A program made the translations under genes and the position numbers. Source: Octopus sinensis (Eukaryota). Taken from it: 64,000 bases of DNA. The notes beneath the pieces were generated by a model. The model was not told the DNA's origin, made no database searches, and saw only the letters and a program-made list of their open reading frames with translations. Each line of letters starts with the position of its first letter. Within the stretch, counting starts at the first letter, position 1. This document shows positions 41,856 to 58,888 of this stretch, piece by piece. Where the stretch lies: contig NC_043011.1 in assembly GCF_006345805.1 (NCBI RefSeq), positions 33,182,464-33,246,463 of the forward strand, given 5' to 3'.

Positions 41856-43592
41856 TAACATATACGATTAAACGCAACACACGCACCCTACAAGTAAGAT
41901 TGTTCTGTTTATCAAGTTAGCCTTGATATTAACTCTCACGCGACTCTGCATCTTTCTTTCTTTCTCTCCCATTCCCTTTTTCGTCTTTTTTTCCCTCACT
42001 TAACTTGTCTCTTCCTCTCCTCTCTCTCTCATCTCATTCTCTCTCTCCCTTTCACCATTCTTCATGTCTCCTCGCACCATTCCCCTTCTTCTCTCTCTCT
42101 TCCTCTTCTCTCCTCCCCCATTCCCGTCATCCATCTGCGACGATACTTCCGTCGTAACTGCTATCCTGTCTTTTCTCTCCCGCCTTGCAAGGCTTCTGGT
42201 TGACAAAATTTCCCTCTCTGTCTTCCACGATAATCCAGCGTTTATAATACTTTTTTCGTCTGGCGTTAACAGCCCTTCTTATCTTGTTCTCCTTGTCTTG
42301 TCTCTCACTGTTATATATTTATTCTTCCACTGTTTATATATATATTTTTTACTGTTTATATGTTTGTACTGACGTTACCGTCTTGCTTTTTTTTTACCCC
42401 TCTGCGAAAAGATCTCAGAATTTTAATTGATTTGCTTTTCGCGGGAAGGAATTTTTCTTCGAAGTATACGTCTCGCTTTTATCCTTCGAAACGTTTAGTA
42501 GATGAAATCTTAGCGACTGAAGAAGGGGATTTTTCGTTGTGCTTATTGTCCTGTATCTCTCCCTTTTTTTTTGCTTGTCTTGTTCCTTGGTTTGTGTCTA
42601 TGTGTTTCGTCTCTCTATGTGTTCGACGTCTTTTTGGTGTCCTGTACACATATATGCGTGTATATGTACATGTAGAGGTAGGTACGTACATATATGTTTA
42701 TATATATGCATATATTCTATTTTATTAACATATACGATTAAACGCACGCACCCTACTAAGTAAGATTGTTCTGTTTATCAAGTTAGCCTTGATATTAACT
42801 CTCACGCGACTCTGCATCTTTCTTTCTTTCTCTCCCATTCCCTTTTTCGTCTTTTTTTTTCCCTCACTTAACTTGTCTCTTCCTCTCTCTCTCATTCTTC
42901 ATTCTCTCTCCCCTTTCACCATTCTTCATGGTCTCCTCGCACCATTCCCCTTCTTCTCTCTCTCTTCCTCTTGCTCCTCCTCCCCCCTTCCCGTCATCCA
43001 TCTGCGACGATACTTCCGTCGTAACTGCTATCCTGTCTTTTTCTTCTCTCCCCCCTTGCAAGGCTTCTGGTTGACAAAATTTCCCTCTCTGTCTTCACGA
43101 TAATCCACGTTTATAATACTTTTTTCGTCTGGCGTTAACAGCCCTTCTTATCTTGTTCTCCTTGTCTTGTCTCTCACTGTTATATATTTATTCTTCCACT
43201 GTTTATATATATTTTTTACTGTTTATATGTTTGTACTGACGTTACCGTCTTGCTTTTTTTTACCCCTCTGCGAAAAGATCTCAGAATTTTAATGATTTGC
43301 TTTTCGCGGAAGGAATTTTCTTCGAAGTATACGTCTCGCTTTTATCCTTCGAAACGTTTAGTAGATGAAATCTTAGCGACTGAAGAAGGGGATTTTTCCG
43401 TTGTGCTTATTGTCCTGTATCTCTCCTCTCCCTTTTTTTGCTTGTCTTGTTCCTTGGTTTGTGTCTATGTGTTTCGTCTCTCTATGTGTTCGACGTCTTT
43501 TTGGTGTCCTGTACACATATATGCGTGTATATGTACATGTAAGAGGTAGGTACGTACATATATGTTTATATATATGCATATATTCTATTTTA

Positions 43593-43596
<4 letters not shown>
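41854..43596. repeat. Tandem duplication, period about 870 bp
   Basis: attaacatatacgattaaacgc starts at 41854 and 42724; copies differ mostly by small indels. Confidence 0.93.
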
Positions 43597-43690
<94 letters not shown>

Positions 43691-43744
43691 GTATATATAA
43701 TATATATTATATCTATATATATATGCATATCTATATATATATGC

Positions 43745-43781
<37 letters not shown>

Positions 43782-43829
43782 ATATAATATATATATAATA
43801 TAATATATATATAATAATATATATATATA

Positions 43830-44125
43830 TGGAGGTGCAATGCCCCGGTTAGGGCAGCGGACACGCGGTCGTAGGATCGCAGTTTCGATCCCAGACCGGG
43901 CGTTGTGAGTGTTTATTGAGCGAAAACACCTAAAAGCTCCACGACGCTCCTGCAGGGGGTGGTGATCCCTGCTGTACTCTTTCACCACTCTTTCTTCTTC
44001 TGTTGGCCTGCTCGCTTAGCCAGCGGGGTGGCGTCATTCAAAGGCTAAAACAATGCGAACGCATTGTGACCAGCGATGTGTAACAACATCTGATGGTCTG
44101 GTCGGTCACATGATCACGTGATCAC
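43830..44125 (+). mobile_element. SINE family C head with a different tail
   Basis: ggaggtgcaatgccccggttagggcagcggacacgcgg head. Confidence 0.75.
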
Positions 44126-44661
44126 GTGATATATATATGTATGTATCTTCTTTCCTGAGCGTCCAATAATACTATACCTGTTCCACGTCCTCGCGTTGTT
44201 TTGTTTTTTTGTGCTTTCATGTTTGGATTAAGTTATATATATATATATATATATATACGGCGGACTTCTTTCAATTTTCGTATTCCAGATCAACTCACAA
44301 GGCTTTAATCGGCCCGAGGCTATAGTAGACGTCACTTGGCCAAGGTGCCACGCAGGTGGACTGAACCCGGAACCATGTGGTTCGTAAGCAAGCTACTTAC
44401 CACACAGCCACTCCTACGCCTACTGTTTACTTTTCTAGTAGGGTCAACATTCGCAAGTGGATTATGCATGCAGTTCTATTATATATTTAACTTTTGCCCT
44501 GCTCTAATATATTGTGCTCTTGCTTTGTATTATTACTAAATAATTTTATTTTATATTCCATTCCAACAGTTTTGAATTCTCATAGGTGTGTATATGTTGT
44601 CTAATGTCAAGATTTTTTCTTTGTTTCTTTTTTGTCAGTAAATTAATTATTCTTGACGGTT

Positions 44662-44712
<51 letters not shown>

Positions 44713-45799
44713 TTCATTTATTTGCTAATATCCCTGTAAAATGTGTCGGCATTAAAATTCACTTAAAATTTTTGTTAAAATTAGTTCAAAATCCCTTGTT
44801 TTCCTGGAAGAAGCGTTCAGGTTTTTTGGAGCGTCTTTTTCAGCACGCTTTTTTTTTATCACCACCACCATCACCACCTTCTTCTTCTTCTTCTTCTTCT
44901 TCTTCTTCTTCTTCTTCTTCTTCTTCTTCTTCTTCTTCTTCTTCAAACGTAATTTTTGGTGTTTATTTGATCGACCACTGGAGGGAGATAAAGGGAAGTA
45001 AACTGAACAGGTGTTTCTCTCTCTTTGTGAAATTGTAAGTTTTTCTATGAATAAACAAGATAAAAGAAACTCATACGAAGATAAGAGATGACGACATAAA
45101 TACTGTTGCATGTTTATGATTTATGTGCAAAGTAAACTCATTTATCTCCAGTGCACCGCATGCATTGGCATGCTCGATATTCAATACGAACTTATCGATA
45201 GAGAATTATATAAATCTATCAGATGTAGGCGCAGGCATGGCTTTGCAACCACGGGGTTCAGTCCCATTGCCCGGCACCTTGAGCAAGTGTCTTCTACTAT
45301 AAATAAAGGCCGGACAATACCTTGTGAGTGAATTTGGTAGACGGAAACTGAGTGGAATCCCGTCGTGTGTGTGTGTGTGTTTGTGTGTCTTTGAGCTTGT
45401 GGTTGTCTCCCTTTACGGCTTGACAACCGGTTTTGATTTCTTTACATTCCCATAAGACCGATAGGACATTCTCAAACTTCAAAAATTAAGCACTGAGATT
45501 GATCTGTTCGACTCAAACCTTCAAGGTGGTGCTCCAGCATAGCCGCAGCCCAAAGACTAGAATAAGTAAAAGATATGTGAGTATTTGCGTCTGCATTATA
45601 TCTAATTCCTTCTTTATCTCTCTCTCTCCAGAATAACTCTACTAATTCCTTCTAGTGAAGCTCTTTTAACTTGTCTCTGATGGTGGGATATCATTTATTT
45701 CCCTGAAACAGCTGTAAAGCCACCTTTCTATTTATAAATGTCTTAGGAATATTAAACTGCCTTGGCTTTGTTATCTTATTTTATTTAACACACACACAC

Positions 45800-45863
<64 letters not shown>

Positions 45864-47299
45864 TATATGTATGTATGTATGATGTATGTATGTATATACA
45901 TACAACACCATCTAACTATGTATAAACGTACACACACAGATACATATATATTCATATACACACAATATAATTCTTTATAATTTTGGCACGAGAGCAGCAA
46001 TTTTAAGAGAAGGGACAAGTCGGTGAAATCGAACCCAGTACTTGATTGTTACTTATTTTATCGATCTCGAACGGATGAAAAAGACAAAGTCAACTTCGGT
46101 GGAATTTGAACTGAGAGCCAGACGAAATGCTGCTAAGCATTTTGTCCGACGATTTGTTCGACTCAAGGCGGTGCTCCAGCATAGCGGCAGTCAAATGACT
46201 GAAACAAGTAAAAGAATAAAAGTATAGGTATTTATATTATATTATATTATATTATATTATATTACAAGGAATATAACGACCTTGGTACCCACGTACCCTC
46301 ACCTACATACCCACCACCATCATAAATTTCAATCCATAGCAGTTGACAGAAAAATGAAATATATCTATTAAAAAACCACATGTTCGCACAAGCACATCCT
46401 ACGCAGTCACATACATGAACTCACACCACCATACAGACGCACACCTCACCACATCTACGCACACCACACAGAAGCACGATGGCACAAACTAGTATGTACA
46501 AGCACATACATAACTAGTACTCATTACCACCGCCGCCGTCATCATCATAAATTAATCAATTTCGTCATTGATTTATATTACGACAGCTTCATGAATGACT
46601 AATTTGAACTCTGGTGGATTTCAATGCAGAGTGCAGAGAGCCGGAACGAAACACAGCAAGGCTTTCTATCCGTATCATCGTTATATTGTCATTTTCTGGG
46701 GATTGTCACCCTTTCCTGCCCGGGTACAAATTCTGTCCACACATCCAAATGTTAATATCGATTTCTTAAAATCCGTGGAGATGGGATGACGGTTGTATAC
46801 AACATTTTTGGCAGCTAGCATTGGGTGAACGTCTTTGAGCAGAAGTAAGTTCAGTTAATCAGTTCGAATTCGTGAGTTCGTTTCAAGTTTTTAAGAACCG
46901 CAAGTTGAAACAAATCCAAGAGGATACAGGACTCAACGTCTTACAATAATCGTCTGTGACTTGATGATTAACCTAAATAGTTTTTAAAAAAAGCTAACTT
47001 TTACACGTCTTCTTGTATACAATATCGTATATCTGTTTTGGAATTCATTTATTACAACTTTGGTAAAAGTGGCGAACTGGTAGTATGTTAGAGAGTTGGA
47101 CCCACTTCCTTCAAGTACCCGTTCCAGCATTCTGAGTTAAAATCCCACTTTTGCCCATTCGGGATTGATAAATTCTCTACAAGTCTAGTACAATTGTGCG
47201 TCTTTATCTCTCTTTTTCTCTCTGGATTGTTCTTGTTTCTCAACAACCCACTCGACAACCGTGTTACACTGCGTATCGCTGATTCAGCCTAGGAAAACT

Positions 47300-48000
47300 C
47301 TCAAGGATATACGTCTCTCTGGGTGTACAATCTAGGTTATCAGTTAGGGAATACTTTCTAAGAAGCTCCTTTCCAAATCTCGTAATGTCATGCAAACTTG
47401 ATCCATGACAGGATTTCGACGATTGGTGGTGAGTAGATGTCGAAGAGATATGATGTAACATTCAAAGGTAGTTTGGATTGATGTTATGCATTTGACACCT
47501 TATTTTCGTTTTAAGTAAAACTAATCGTCATCATTGTCGATATAGTTTAACATTTTCTAGGTTTTAACATCAAGAGCGACGTCATCTAGAGCCCCTTGGA
47601 GTGAACACTCGCACGGAAAACATATTATGGACTATCGATTTAATGCATGTGGTAAGTACTGATGACCATACTTTCTTTATTACGGTATTATGTTCCCAAG
47701 TCACACGCTCCTTGTTACAGGTTCCATCATTGGGAATATTTTCATCTGTTTCCAAATACCTGTAGAAATCCTCATCAGATGTAGGAGAAATAAGTCAAGT
47801 TCATTAATAGTAATGGTGCTTGATGGTATTGCTCGCATTACAACTGTGTAAGAAAGTTTACCTCGGTTAAACGCCATCCCTATATCTTTTGAGAATTTCA
47901 TCCTTAAGCCAACGCTTTCCTTCACACCAGCCATATTCTAGGCATATGTGTTCAGATCATCCACACAAAAAATGCAATGTATTTGATTGTTGTTTCTATC
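47300..48000 (-). mobile_element. R4/Dong-type LINE RT core remnant
   Basis: FCVDDLNTYA*...FSKDIGMAF...YRYLETDEN...NKER (YxDD region), with stops and frameshifts. Confidence 0.75.
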
Positions 48001-49157
48001 TTCCTGTGATCCAATCACTTATCTTTCAGATTTCCTTAGTAAAAAGAGGTTTACTAAAACTATAAAAAGTATCACAGAGAGAGACGGTCACATTGAAATA
48101 TATCAGAATGATACTATGTCCTAGTGGTGACATTAGAACCACTTCCTGTTCTTAACTTCATAATAACGGTCCAGAATGAAGACAGGTTGTCCCTGGCACA
48201 TTTCCTGTTGGAGTGACGATCGTAAGGTCATAGGTTCAACTTCTGGACCGGGAGGCTCGTTGTGTTATTGGGCAAAGAGCTTAATTTCACGTTGTACCAG
48301 TCTACTCAGCTGTAGAGTGGTACTTTGCAGAATGTCAACTTGAAACTCCATGTTCTCTCAACATCTAGTTGACTGGATGACGACATAACATGAAGTCTCA
48401 AGTTTATCGCGGAAGGAATGCGATTTTGCATTTCATACTTCCCCACTAGATGATAGCAACATAAGTAAAATGTATTGTCTTTAGCCCGTCACCATCACTT
48501 GACGTTATGTAGTTCCTTCAGTGGAGACTATTCTGTTGCAAGTATTCGAACCAGGTCCCGGGTCTTTGAATGACTCGATATTTTATGCAGTTTTCTACAG
48601 CAGTAACGCAATTAGTCGTGGGCCCTCCACCCCCCACCACCACCAGTTTTTCCAATAGTCACGTAAACCCTGCAAAAGGTCACTGACGCTGCCCTTCCTT
48701 CTCTGACTAAACTTTAACTAAATAAATACTTCGCAGATATTTTTATAGAACAATTCAGTCAAGATTTTATGCTAAAGTAAGTTTTTGGTTGTTTCTTCTG
48801 ACTAATTATGCAGGCAGGCGATAGAAGCAGCTTAGTGACTCTTATAGTTTATAATAACAACTGCCGTCTGGTGCCACATAATATATGCAGAGTAAACTTA
48901 ATGATGCATATATCAGTGCATATTTCAGGTCGTAGGTGCTGGTGTACTAAATAACGTAACGCAAAAAGGTGTAAATGAATTGAAATTTTCCTTTTAGAGA
49001 AAGAAAACACACACACACACACACACACACAACCCCTAAGCGGTCGATAAGTGTTACCGACATTCAAAAATAAAGTCCTTTACGCTTTGAATTCAAATAC
49101 CCGCGAGTTCATCTTCGCCTTTCATATTCCGGTGTCGATAAAAAATGAAGTATTATA

Positions 49158-49557
49158 GGCGCAGGAGTGGCTGTGTGGTAAGTAGCTTGCTTACCAACCG
49201 CATGGTCCCTGGTTCAGTCCCACTGCGTAGCACCTTGGACAAGTATCTTCTACTATGCCCTCGGGCCGACCAAAGCCTTGTGAGTGGATTTGGTAGACGG
49301 AATCTGAAAGAAGCCCGTCGTATATATGTATATATGTATGTGTGTGTGTTTGTGTGTCTGTGTTTGTCGACCCAACATCGCTTGACAACCGATGCTGGTG
49401 TGTTTACGTCCCCGTAACTTAGCGGTTCGGCAAAAGAGACCGATAGAGTAAGTACTAAGCTTACAAAGAATAAGTTCTGGGGTCGATTTGCTCGACTAAA
49501 GGTGGTACTCCAGCATGGCCGCAGTCAAATGACTGAAACAAGTAAAAGAATAAAAGA
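49158..49557 (+). mobile_element. SINE family A copy
   Basis: Full-length match. Confidence 0.88.
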
Positions 49558-49631
49558 TAATAACTTCGGGTCGCCCAAAGCCTTGCGAGTGGATTTAGTC
49601 GGAGACTGAAAGAAGTTTGTCGTGTGTGTGT

Positions 49632-49696
<65 letters not shown>

Positions 49697-52361
49697 AAAA
49701 AAATAAGTTATGGGGTTGATGTAATCGACTTAATCCCTTTGTCCTTTGTCCTTGTTTGTCTCCTCTGTGCTTAGCCCCTTGTGAGCAATAAAGAAATAAG
49801 AAACGTTAGCACGCCGGACCAAATGCTTAGCGGAATTTCGTATGTCTTTACGTTCTGAGTTCAAATTCCGCCGAGGTTGACTGTGCGTTTCATCCTCTCG
49901 CGGTTGATAAATTAAGTACCAGTTGCGTACTGGGGTCGATCTAATCAACTGGCCAAAAAATTTCGGGCCTTGTTCCTAGAATAGAAAAGAATAATTCATA
50001 GAATATTTTATTTTATTTTATTTATTATTTTCATATTTCACTCCTCTCAAACATGATGTTACGCATTCTAAGTAGTTGCTAATTCTTTCCAGTTGCTAAT
50101 ACCTATCCAGTTGCTAATACCTTCAACTTGTCCTGGTTAGAATATGAGAGAAACTGTTTCAAGTTAAATGTAGAATATATCTGCTTGGTAGCATTTCTTC
50201 TGATTTTGTGTTCTGAGTTCGAAATCCGCTGAGCTCGACTTCCATAATTTCAGGATCGATAAAAGACAGTATCCGTCAAGTACTGAGGTGGGTGTGTAAA
50301 CTTCTTTCCCCTTCCCCTTCCCCTAAAAATTGCTGGTCTTGTGCCAAAATTAGAAAGGCTTATATTACATTACATTGTATTATATTGTATTATATCATAT
50401 TGTATTATATTGTGGTTTTCTTGGCAAACTTCAAGACCTGTTCAACTGATTTCCTAATCACGACCACCATTTCAATCATGCAGAAGTGATAAACTAGAGA
50501 ATATCTAAGTGCTGAGGAAGAGAAAACAAAGATAGAGAGAGAGAGAGAGAGAGAGTAACAGAAAGAGATATACAGCAAGAGAGAGAGAGAAAGGGGAGTG
50601 GAGAGAGGGAGAGTGATGAAGCGTATGTAAGGGAAAATACGAGACAGAATTCGAGAAGGAAAAGAAGTAAGAGGACAAATATAAAATAGACAGAATAAAA
50701 AGAGTCTACATATCTCTAAGTCTGCGATAATCAAACAGAAATATGATCACAGACACTCCAGCCGTGACATTTCCACTCTTTTAGGGATATAAAAGAAACG
50801 GTTGTCTAATGAGATCTTCATTTTTTTAAGGTAGTAGGTTGTGACTTGGTTTTCACTGCTATTTATTGCTGGTCAAGCGACCGCGCAGACAAAGGGATTT
50901 TTTCACACGATATGCTGTGGATTCTTAGAAATAGTGTTTTAGAACTTTAGAAAGCCTGTATTAATGATTGAGCGTTCTAAAAAAGACTGATTCATAATTT
51001 TGTAATAAACTTGAACGATTAATAAAACTATATGCAAGTTTCCTGTGTAATTTTTCCCTAAAATTCTAACTTTAAAACATAGTTTTCAATTTTTTTAGGT
51101 TTCCATATGAAGTGCGACAGTGATGTTTTATTTTCCTAGCAAAATGCGCCAGTAAACTTATATTTGATCTGCAGCGTGCCACGAAGTTAAAAAGATCCAG
51201 GAGGGTCACTGTCGTTGAGACACTTGTGTTGGATGAGAGAGAGTAATGCACTGTCATAAATTTTTTTATTCTATCTTATATCTTCCTATTCCTCGTCACC
51301 CCAAGTGACATCTTTCCTACAAGCCAACTATGGTGCCACTGTGTGGTTGGTCGACCGGCAAGAAATAGTAACCAGATCTCTCTAAAATAACATGCTGTCT
51401 TAGAAAAGAACTGGTAGGTTAGTCAGTTCTGGGGTTACGTGCATATGGGAAAAGACGAGTTACTTATAACTGGAATTTAAATCGCTTCCTCTGTCTGCTA
51501 GATCAGAGATGACCTGGAGTTAAGCAATAACAACAGCTTCTTTCTCTTGTCTTGTGTAGTCGCTTCATTTGGAGAAATAGCAGCCAACTCTCCCTCAAAT
51601 GTCACGTTAATTGCATATGATCTTTGGTTCTTTACACAAACGTAAAATATGGGGTAGCCATGGCTAGACTGACTGTGCTCATAGGATCACTCCATCAGGA
51701 TCGATCTAGGGCTAAACGTCAACAAAAACATCAACCTCTTTTTGTGGCCTCTACGTGGTCATTCGAATTGCTAGAAATAGCAGCCTGGTCTTCTCTGAAT
51801 TACGCTCTACTACCTTGGTTAACTTAATCATAGATACCATCGGAAAAGGACAGACAGTTATTGCTGGAATGCTTTGATCATTGGGACTGCTTGCTCAGAG
51901 TTAACCTGGGGTTAAAGAACAGCAGCAACAACAATAACAACAACAGCAGGAACTACAATCTCCATCTCCTTCTTCTTCTATTTCTTTTGCTACTATCACC
52001 ATTTCATCTCCCCAAACTCTCCTATTGTGTTTGTTTTTAGTTATCATTTTTATTTCTTAAAATTCATTTATTAATTTCAGTTATTGGACTCTGGCCAATC
52101 TCGAGTATCGTCTTTAATATGATGTGGGTGGGGATACAGTCAATTTCGTTATTAACCATGAGGTTGAGAAAAAGAGGACAGACAAAACAAACATTGGGCT
52201 CAGGGTATTGAATGAGACGAAACGTATGAATAAACAATTAAAATATATACAATTAAATGAGAATGAGTGATTTACAAAAAATGAAACGGAGGGCGCGGTC
52301 GACCCCACAAACCACATACTCACACTGAAGACTTTGCTTTCTCCTTTTTTTACATTCTCGA

Positions 52362-52760
52362 TTAAACAGGTTCTTTCACTCGCAACCTACTTGCTATATA
52401 CTTCCATCTTTTACGAAACACACTTTGCGACAGGCATTTCTTCTCCAGCCTTATTTTCCGTTTCATGTGGAAAACGAAAAAGTCGATGAGCTCGAGACTG
52501 GAGATGAACATGCCTGTTGCAATTCCTTTCACTCTCATCTTCCATATTACTTCTTTCGCCACTGCAACTACCGAGGGAAAACAGGCTCGCTCCTCCCTAT
52601 TCAGGGAGGTCGGCGGAACGGTCTTAATTACAGATTCGCTCGACAGTTGTACTCTTCTCGAAAGCGGCGTAGCTAAAGCGTGTGGCCTCCGGGGCAGTAC
52701 TTGAGCTATCTGCCCCTCTCCCACGCCCCCCCCTCCCCCAGGCCTATATAGGCTTATATA
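52362..52760 (-). mobile_element. L1/Tx1-type LINE ORF2 C-terminus
   Basis: VVAVAKEVIWKMRVKG...LIDFFVFHMKRKIRLEKKCLSQSVFRKRW is a typical Tx1 ORF2 tail (from memory). Confidence 0.65.
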
Positions 52761-53520
52761 GCAAGCCCATGCCAGGGGAAGGGGGACTGATTGCCCCCGA
52801 TTGCCTCCGATCCTCAACTACTTTACCGAGTATAATCGATTAAATTAAACCTCAACAGTATTTAACAAATACTTCACCTATCTTATCGAGGCCGAGAGGG
52901 ACCTCGTGATTTTAATGCTTTTAAGTCACTATTATCTTTTTCGCTCGACTGTCGATTTTGTGTTTCCACTACAAATATATTCTTTCTGTTATTCCTCTTT
53001 TGTCTGTTCCTTCCTTCCTTCCTTCTTTCCTTCAAGTGAGTCACATAACAAGAATTGCGATAAATTTAACCACTTCCATTTTGCTTTGTTTTGTAGTTTA
53101 CTTGTCCAGTTACATTTTATTTTACGAATTAAACATATTTTTGTTATTTTTCTCTTCTGTTTTCTTTTTGTCAAACACGCCATAAAGACGAAGCGCGCCA
53201 AACAGACGTGACTAATTGATATTGCTTATATATCAAAGTTGTTGTTGTTGTTGCTGTCAATCTAATACTGCCAAAAAAATGGGCGAGAGGGAGGGTTGTT
53301 TGTTATTTTTTTTTTTTTATTTGCAGCAAGTAGATAACACAATTTTGAAACAAGAAACGATAGACCAAAACATTTAAATTTTGAGAAAAACATAAAGTTG
53401 AAAAAAAAAAAGAATGAATGAAAAGGGGCGAGGGAAGGAAGGAAAGGGAGAGAATGAGAAGATAATGGAAAAGAGGTATATGTAAATACATACATACATA
53501 CATACACGTACGTACGAATA

Positions 53521-53569
<49 letters not shown>

Positions 53570-53574
53570 GCAAA

Positions 53575-53958
53575 TGGGAAGCACTCCGTCGGTTACGACG
53601 ACGAGGGTTCCGGTTGATCCGATCAACGGAACAGCCTGCTCGTGAAATTAACGTGTAAGTGGCTGAGCACTCCACAGACACGTGTACCCTTAACGTAGTT
53701 CTCGGGGATATTCAGCGTGACACAGAGAGTGACAAGGCCGGCCCTTTGAAATACAGGTACAACAGAAACCGGAAGTAAGAGTGAAAGAAAGTTGTGGTGA
53801 AAGAGTACAACAGGGATCACCATCATCCCTGCCGGAGCATCGTGGAGCTTCAGGTGTTTTCGCTCAATAAACACTCACAACGCCCGGTATGGGAATCGAA
53901 ACCGCGATCCTACGACCGCGAGTCCGCTGCCCTAACCACTGGGCCATTGCGCCTCCAC
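53575..53958 (-). mobile_element. SINE family C copy
   Basis: Near-identical to 5656-6028. Confidence 0.9.
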
Positions 53959-54106
53959 ATTGCAAATAAGAAAATGGAGAAGCACATTAGCTGGTTCATC
54001 AACTTTAGGACATTAAAATGTTGACTTATAAATAAATAAGTCAACATTTTAATGTCCTAAAGTTGATGAACCAACTAATGTGCTTCTCCATTTTCTTATT
54101 TGTAAT
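53959..54106. repeat. Near-perfect hairpin: 71-bp arms, 6-nt loop
   Basis: 53959-54029 vs 54036-54106, 69/71 paired. Confidence 0.95.
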
Positions 54107-54278
54107 ATAAATTAATGGTAAAATATTTCTTTACCTTCACCCATTTAATACAATAAGTTAGTTTATTGCATTACAATTAAAAAATACTTGGGTATTAATA
54201 ATTGGGTACTATACCAACAGTATATTGGATAAGTATTATCCCTTAGTGGGTTGGATCCACAACCCCTAACTTTCTTGG

Positions 54279-54340
<62 letters not shown>

Positions 54341-54352
54341 TACATACAAACA

Positions 54353-54385
<33 letters not shown>

Positions 54386-54387
<2 letters not shown>

Positions 54388-54798
54388 GTCAGGTCACTTT
54401 CGTGTGCTACTGGTAACATGTAACACAGTACAGCCTGTTGCATGGTCGGGTCGTCGGCGACTAAACCGGCAACCCCACCAAGCTTGCTTGGTGATGAGGG
54501 TGTTTATTGGACACCCTGCGGGATGAAAAACAAAACCCGTCAAAGGGCGGAGGAACTCTTGAGAGTCAACGGTCATCCAATAAATGTCTTAAGGATGTAT
54601 CATGCGCGGGGACATAGAAATAATCGGACTGAATACCCGATCGCGCGGTTAAACCATTGAGAGTGAAGGGTGTCCAATAAACACCTTCCTCACTAAGCAA
54701 GCTTGGTCGGGTTGCCGGTTTAGTCGCCGACGACCCGACCATGCAACAGGTTGTACTGGGTTACATATTACCAGTAGCACTCGAAAGTGACCTGACAT
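54386..54798. mobile_element. MITE with ~132-bp TIRs inserted in TA repeats
   Basis: 54386-54517 vs 54667-54798 are imperfect inverted repeats; atgtcaggtcac...gtgacctgacat. Confidence 0.88.
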
Positions 54799-54799
54799 A

Positions 54800-54837
<38 letters not shown>

Positions 54838-55627
54838 CGACTGGCTTCTTTCAGTTATGTGTGTATGTGTGTTTGTGTTTTCCCCCACAAACCCCCACCG
54901 CTTAACAACCGGTGTTGGTGTGGTTATATCCCCGTAATCTAGTGGTTCGGCAAAACAAAAAAACCCCAATAGAATAAGTACAACTCTTAAAACAAATAAG
55001 TCTTGGGATCGACTTGTTCAACTAAAACCCTTCAAGGTGGTGCCCCAGCATGTCAGTTTACCTGGACATGTGTTTTGCTTGTTCACGGGTGCGCTGCGGT
55101 ATAGTGCGGTGGGGATGACTCCTTCAAAGCACAAGGTGTTAAAACACCTGAAAGCCATAGACAAGAGAGTTCTTTTAAATCCTCTAAGTCATCGCTAAGG
55201 AAAGAAATGTGGATAACTGAGATGGATGGAAATGGTTCGTCCATTCTTGAAACTGGATTTATCTTTCTATTTCTCTTAAGTTCATTTTGAACCACTCTTT
55301 CATCCATTTGATTATTTCGATTTATGCAATATTGACCTTGCATGTATAACAGTTTCTCATTGATTCCGAACACGGACATACAATTTCATACGATGTCATG
55401 CGAGTATGTTTATGTTTAATATTTCATATTGTATCCACATATTTATATTTACGTATATTTTTATGAAGTATTCCGACGTTGAGAAATCTACAGATGAAAT
55501 GAATTCTGACTCCTGAAATTTGTTCTCATTTTATTAATCTTCATATTTCATGTTGCTCTATTAATTAAACCGCTACGTTGTTGTTCTGTACAGGGAGTTA
55601 TTCTCCTTTCTATCTGATTATATATAT

Positions 55628-55681
<54 letters not shown>

Positions 55682-55685
<4 letters not shown>

Positions 55686-55822
55686 GTTGTCCCAAAAGTT
55701 CGTAAACACTTGCGAAAATTGAATTTTTACTCACCAAGTACTAACAAAAATAACAAAAATTATTCCTCAAAATAAAGACCATTATTTTCCAAGACTTTCT
55801 ACGAACTTTTGGGACAACCTTA
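55682..55822. mobile_element. 141-bp mariner-type MITE in (TA)n
   Basis: aggttgtcccaaaagttcgta / tacgaacttttgggacaacct; same TIR family as 7381-7603. Confidence 0.85.
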
Positions 55823-55846
55823 TATATATGTATATATATGTACATA

Positions 55847-57869
<2,023 letters not shown>

Positions 57870-57874
57870 AAATA

Positions 57875-58011
<137 letters not shown>

Positions 58012-58012
58012 G

Positions 58013-58216
58013 TTAATAAAATAGAATATATGCATATATATAAACATATATGTACGTACCTACCTCTACATGTACATATACACGCATATATGTGTACAGG
58101 ACACCAAAAAGACGTCGAACACATAGAGAGACGAAACACATAGACACAAACCAAGGAACAAGACAAGCAAAAAAAAAGGGAGAGATACAGGACAATAAGC
58201 ACAACGAAAAATCCCC
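58013..58216 (-). repeat. Inverted 204-bp copy of 42525-42727 embedded in (TA)n
   Basis: Reverse complement matches the end of copy 1 of the 870-bp duplication. Confidence 0.92.
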
Positions 58217-58258
58217 ATATATATATATATAGATATATATATATAATATATATATATG

Positions 58259-58291
<33 letters not shown>

Positions 58292-58303
58292 TATATATAT
58301 ATA

Positions 58304-58342
<39 letters not shown>

Positions 58343-58343
58343 G

Positions 58344-58377
<34 letters not shown>

Positions 58378-58417
58378 TTATATATGTATAATATATATAT
58401 ATATATATATATAATAT

Positions 58418-58461
<44 letters not shown>

Positions 58462-58468
58462 CATATGT

Positions 58469-58548
<80 letters not shown>

Positions 58549-58724
58549 CATACGTACATACATAATATGTGTATGTATGTAGGTAGGTATGTATGCATAT
58601 TTATTCTCATTGATTTAACATAAAGAATAAGAGCCAAATCGACATTTTCTTGTTTTGTTTTGTTTTCTCTTTTTCTTTTCGTTTTATTTTTTATCCCGAT
58701 ACTATGCAGTTTACTATCAATCAC

Positions 58725-58854
58725 CATCGTCATCATCATCATCATCATCACCACCATCGCCACCACCAACGTCATCATCACCATCACCACCACCACCACC
58801 ACCACCACTGCCGCCGCCGCCACCATCACCACCACCACCACCACCACCACCACC

Positions 58855-58888
<34 letters not shown>

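Noticed and set aside
44950-45042. Plus-strand donor aatt|gtaagt after a UTR-like stretch
   Set aside because: A single motif with no acceptor, ORF or promoter evidence.
55083-55379. 98-aa minus-strand ORF
   Set aside because: No recognisable family or splice signals; probably TE debris.
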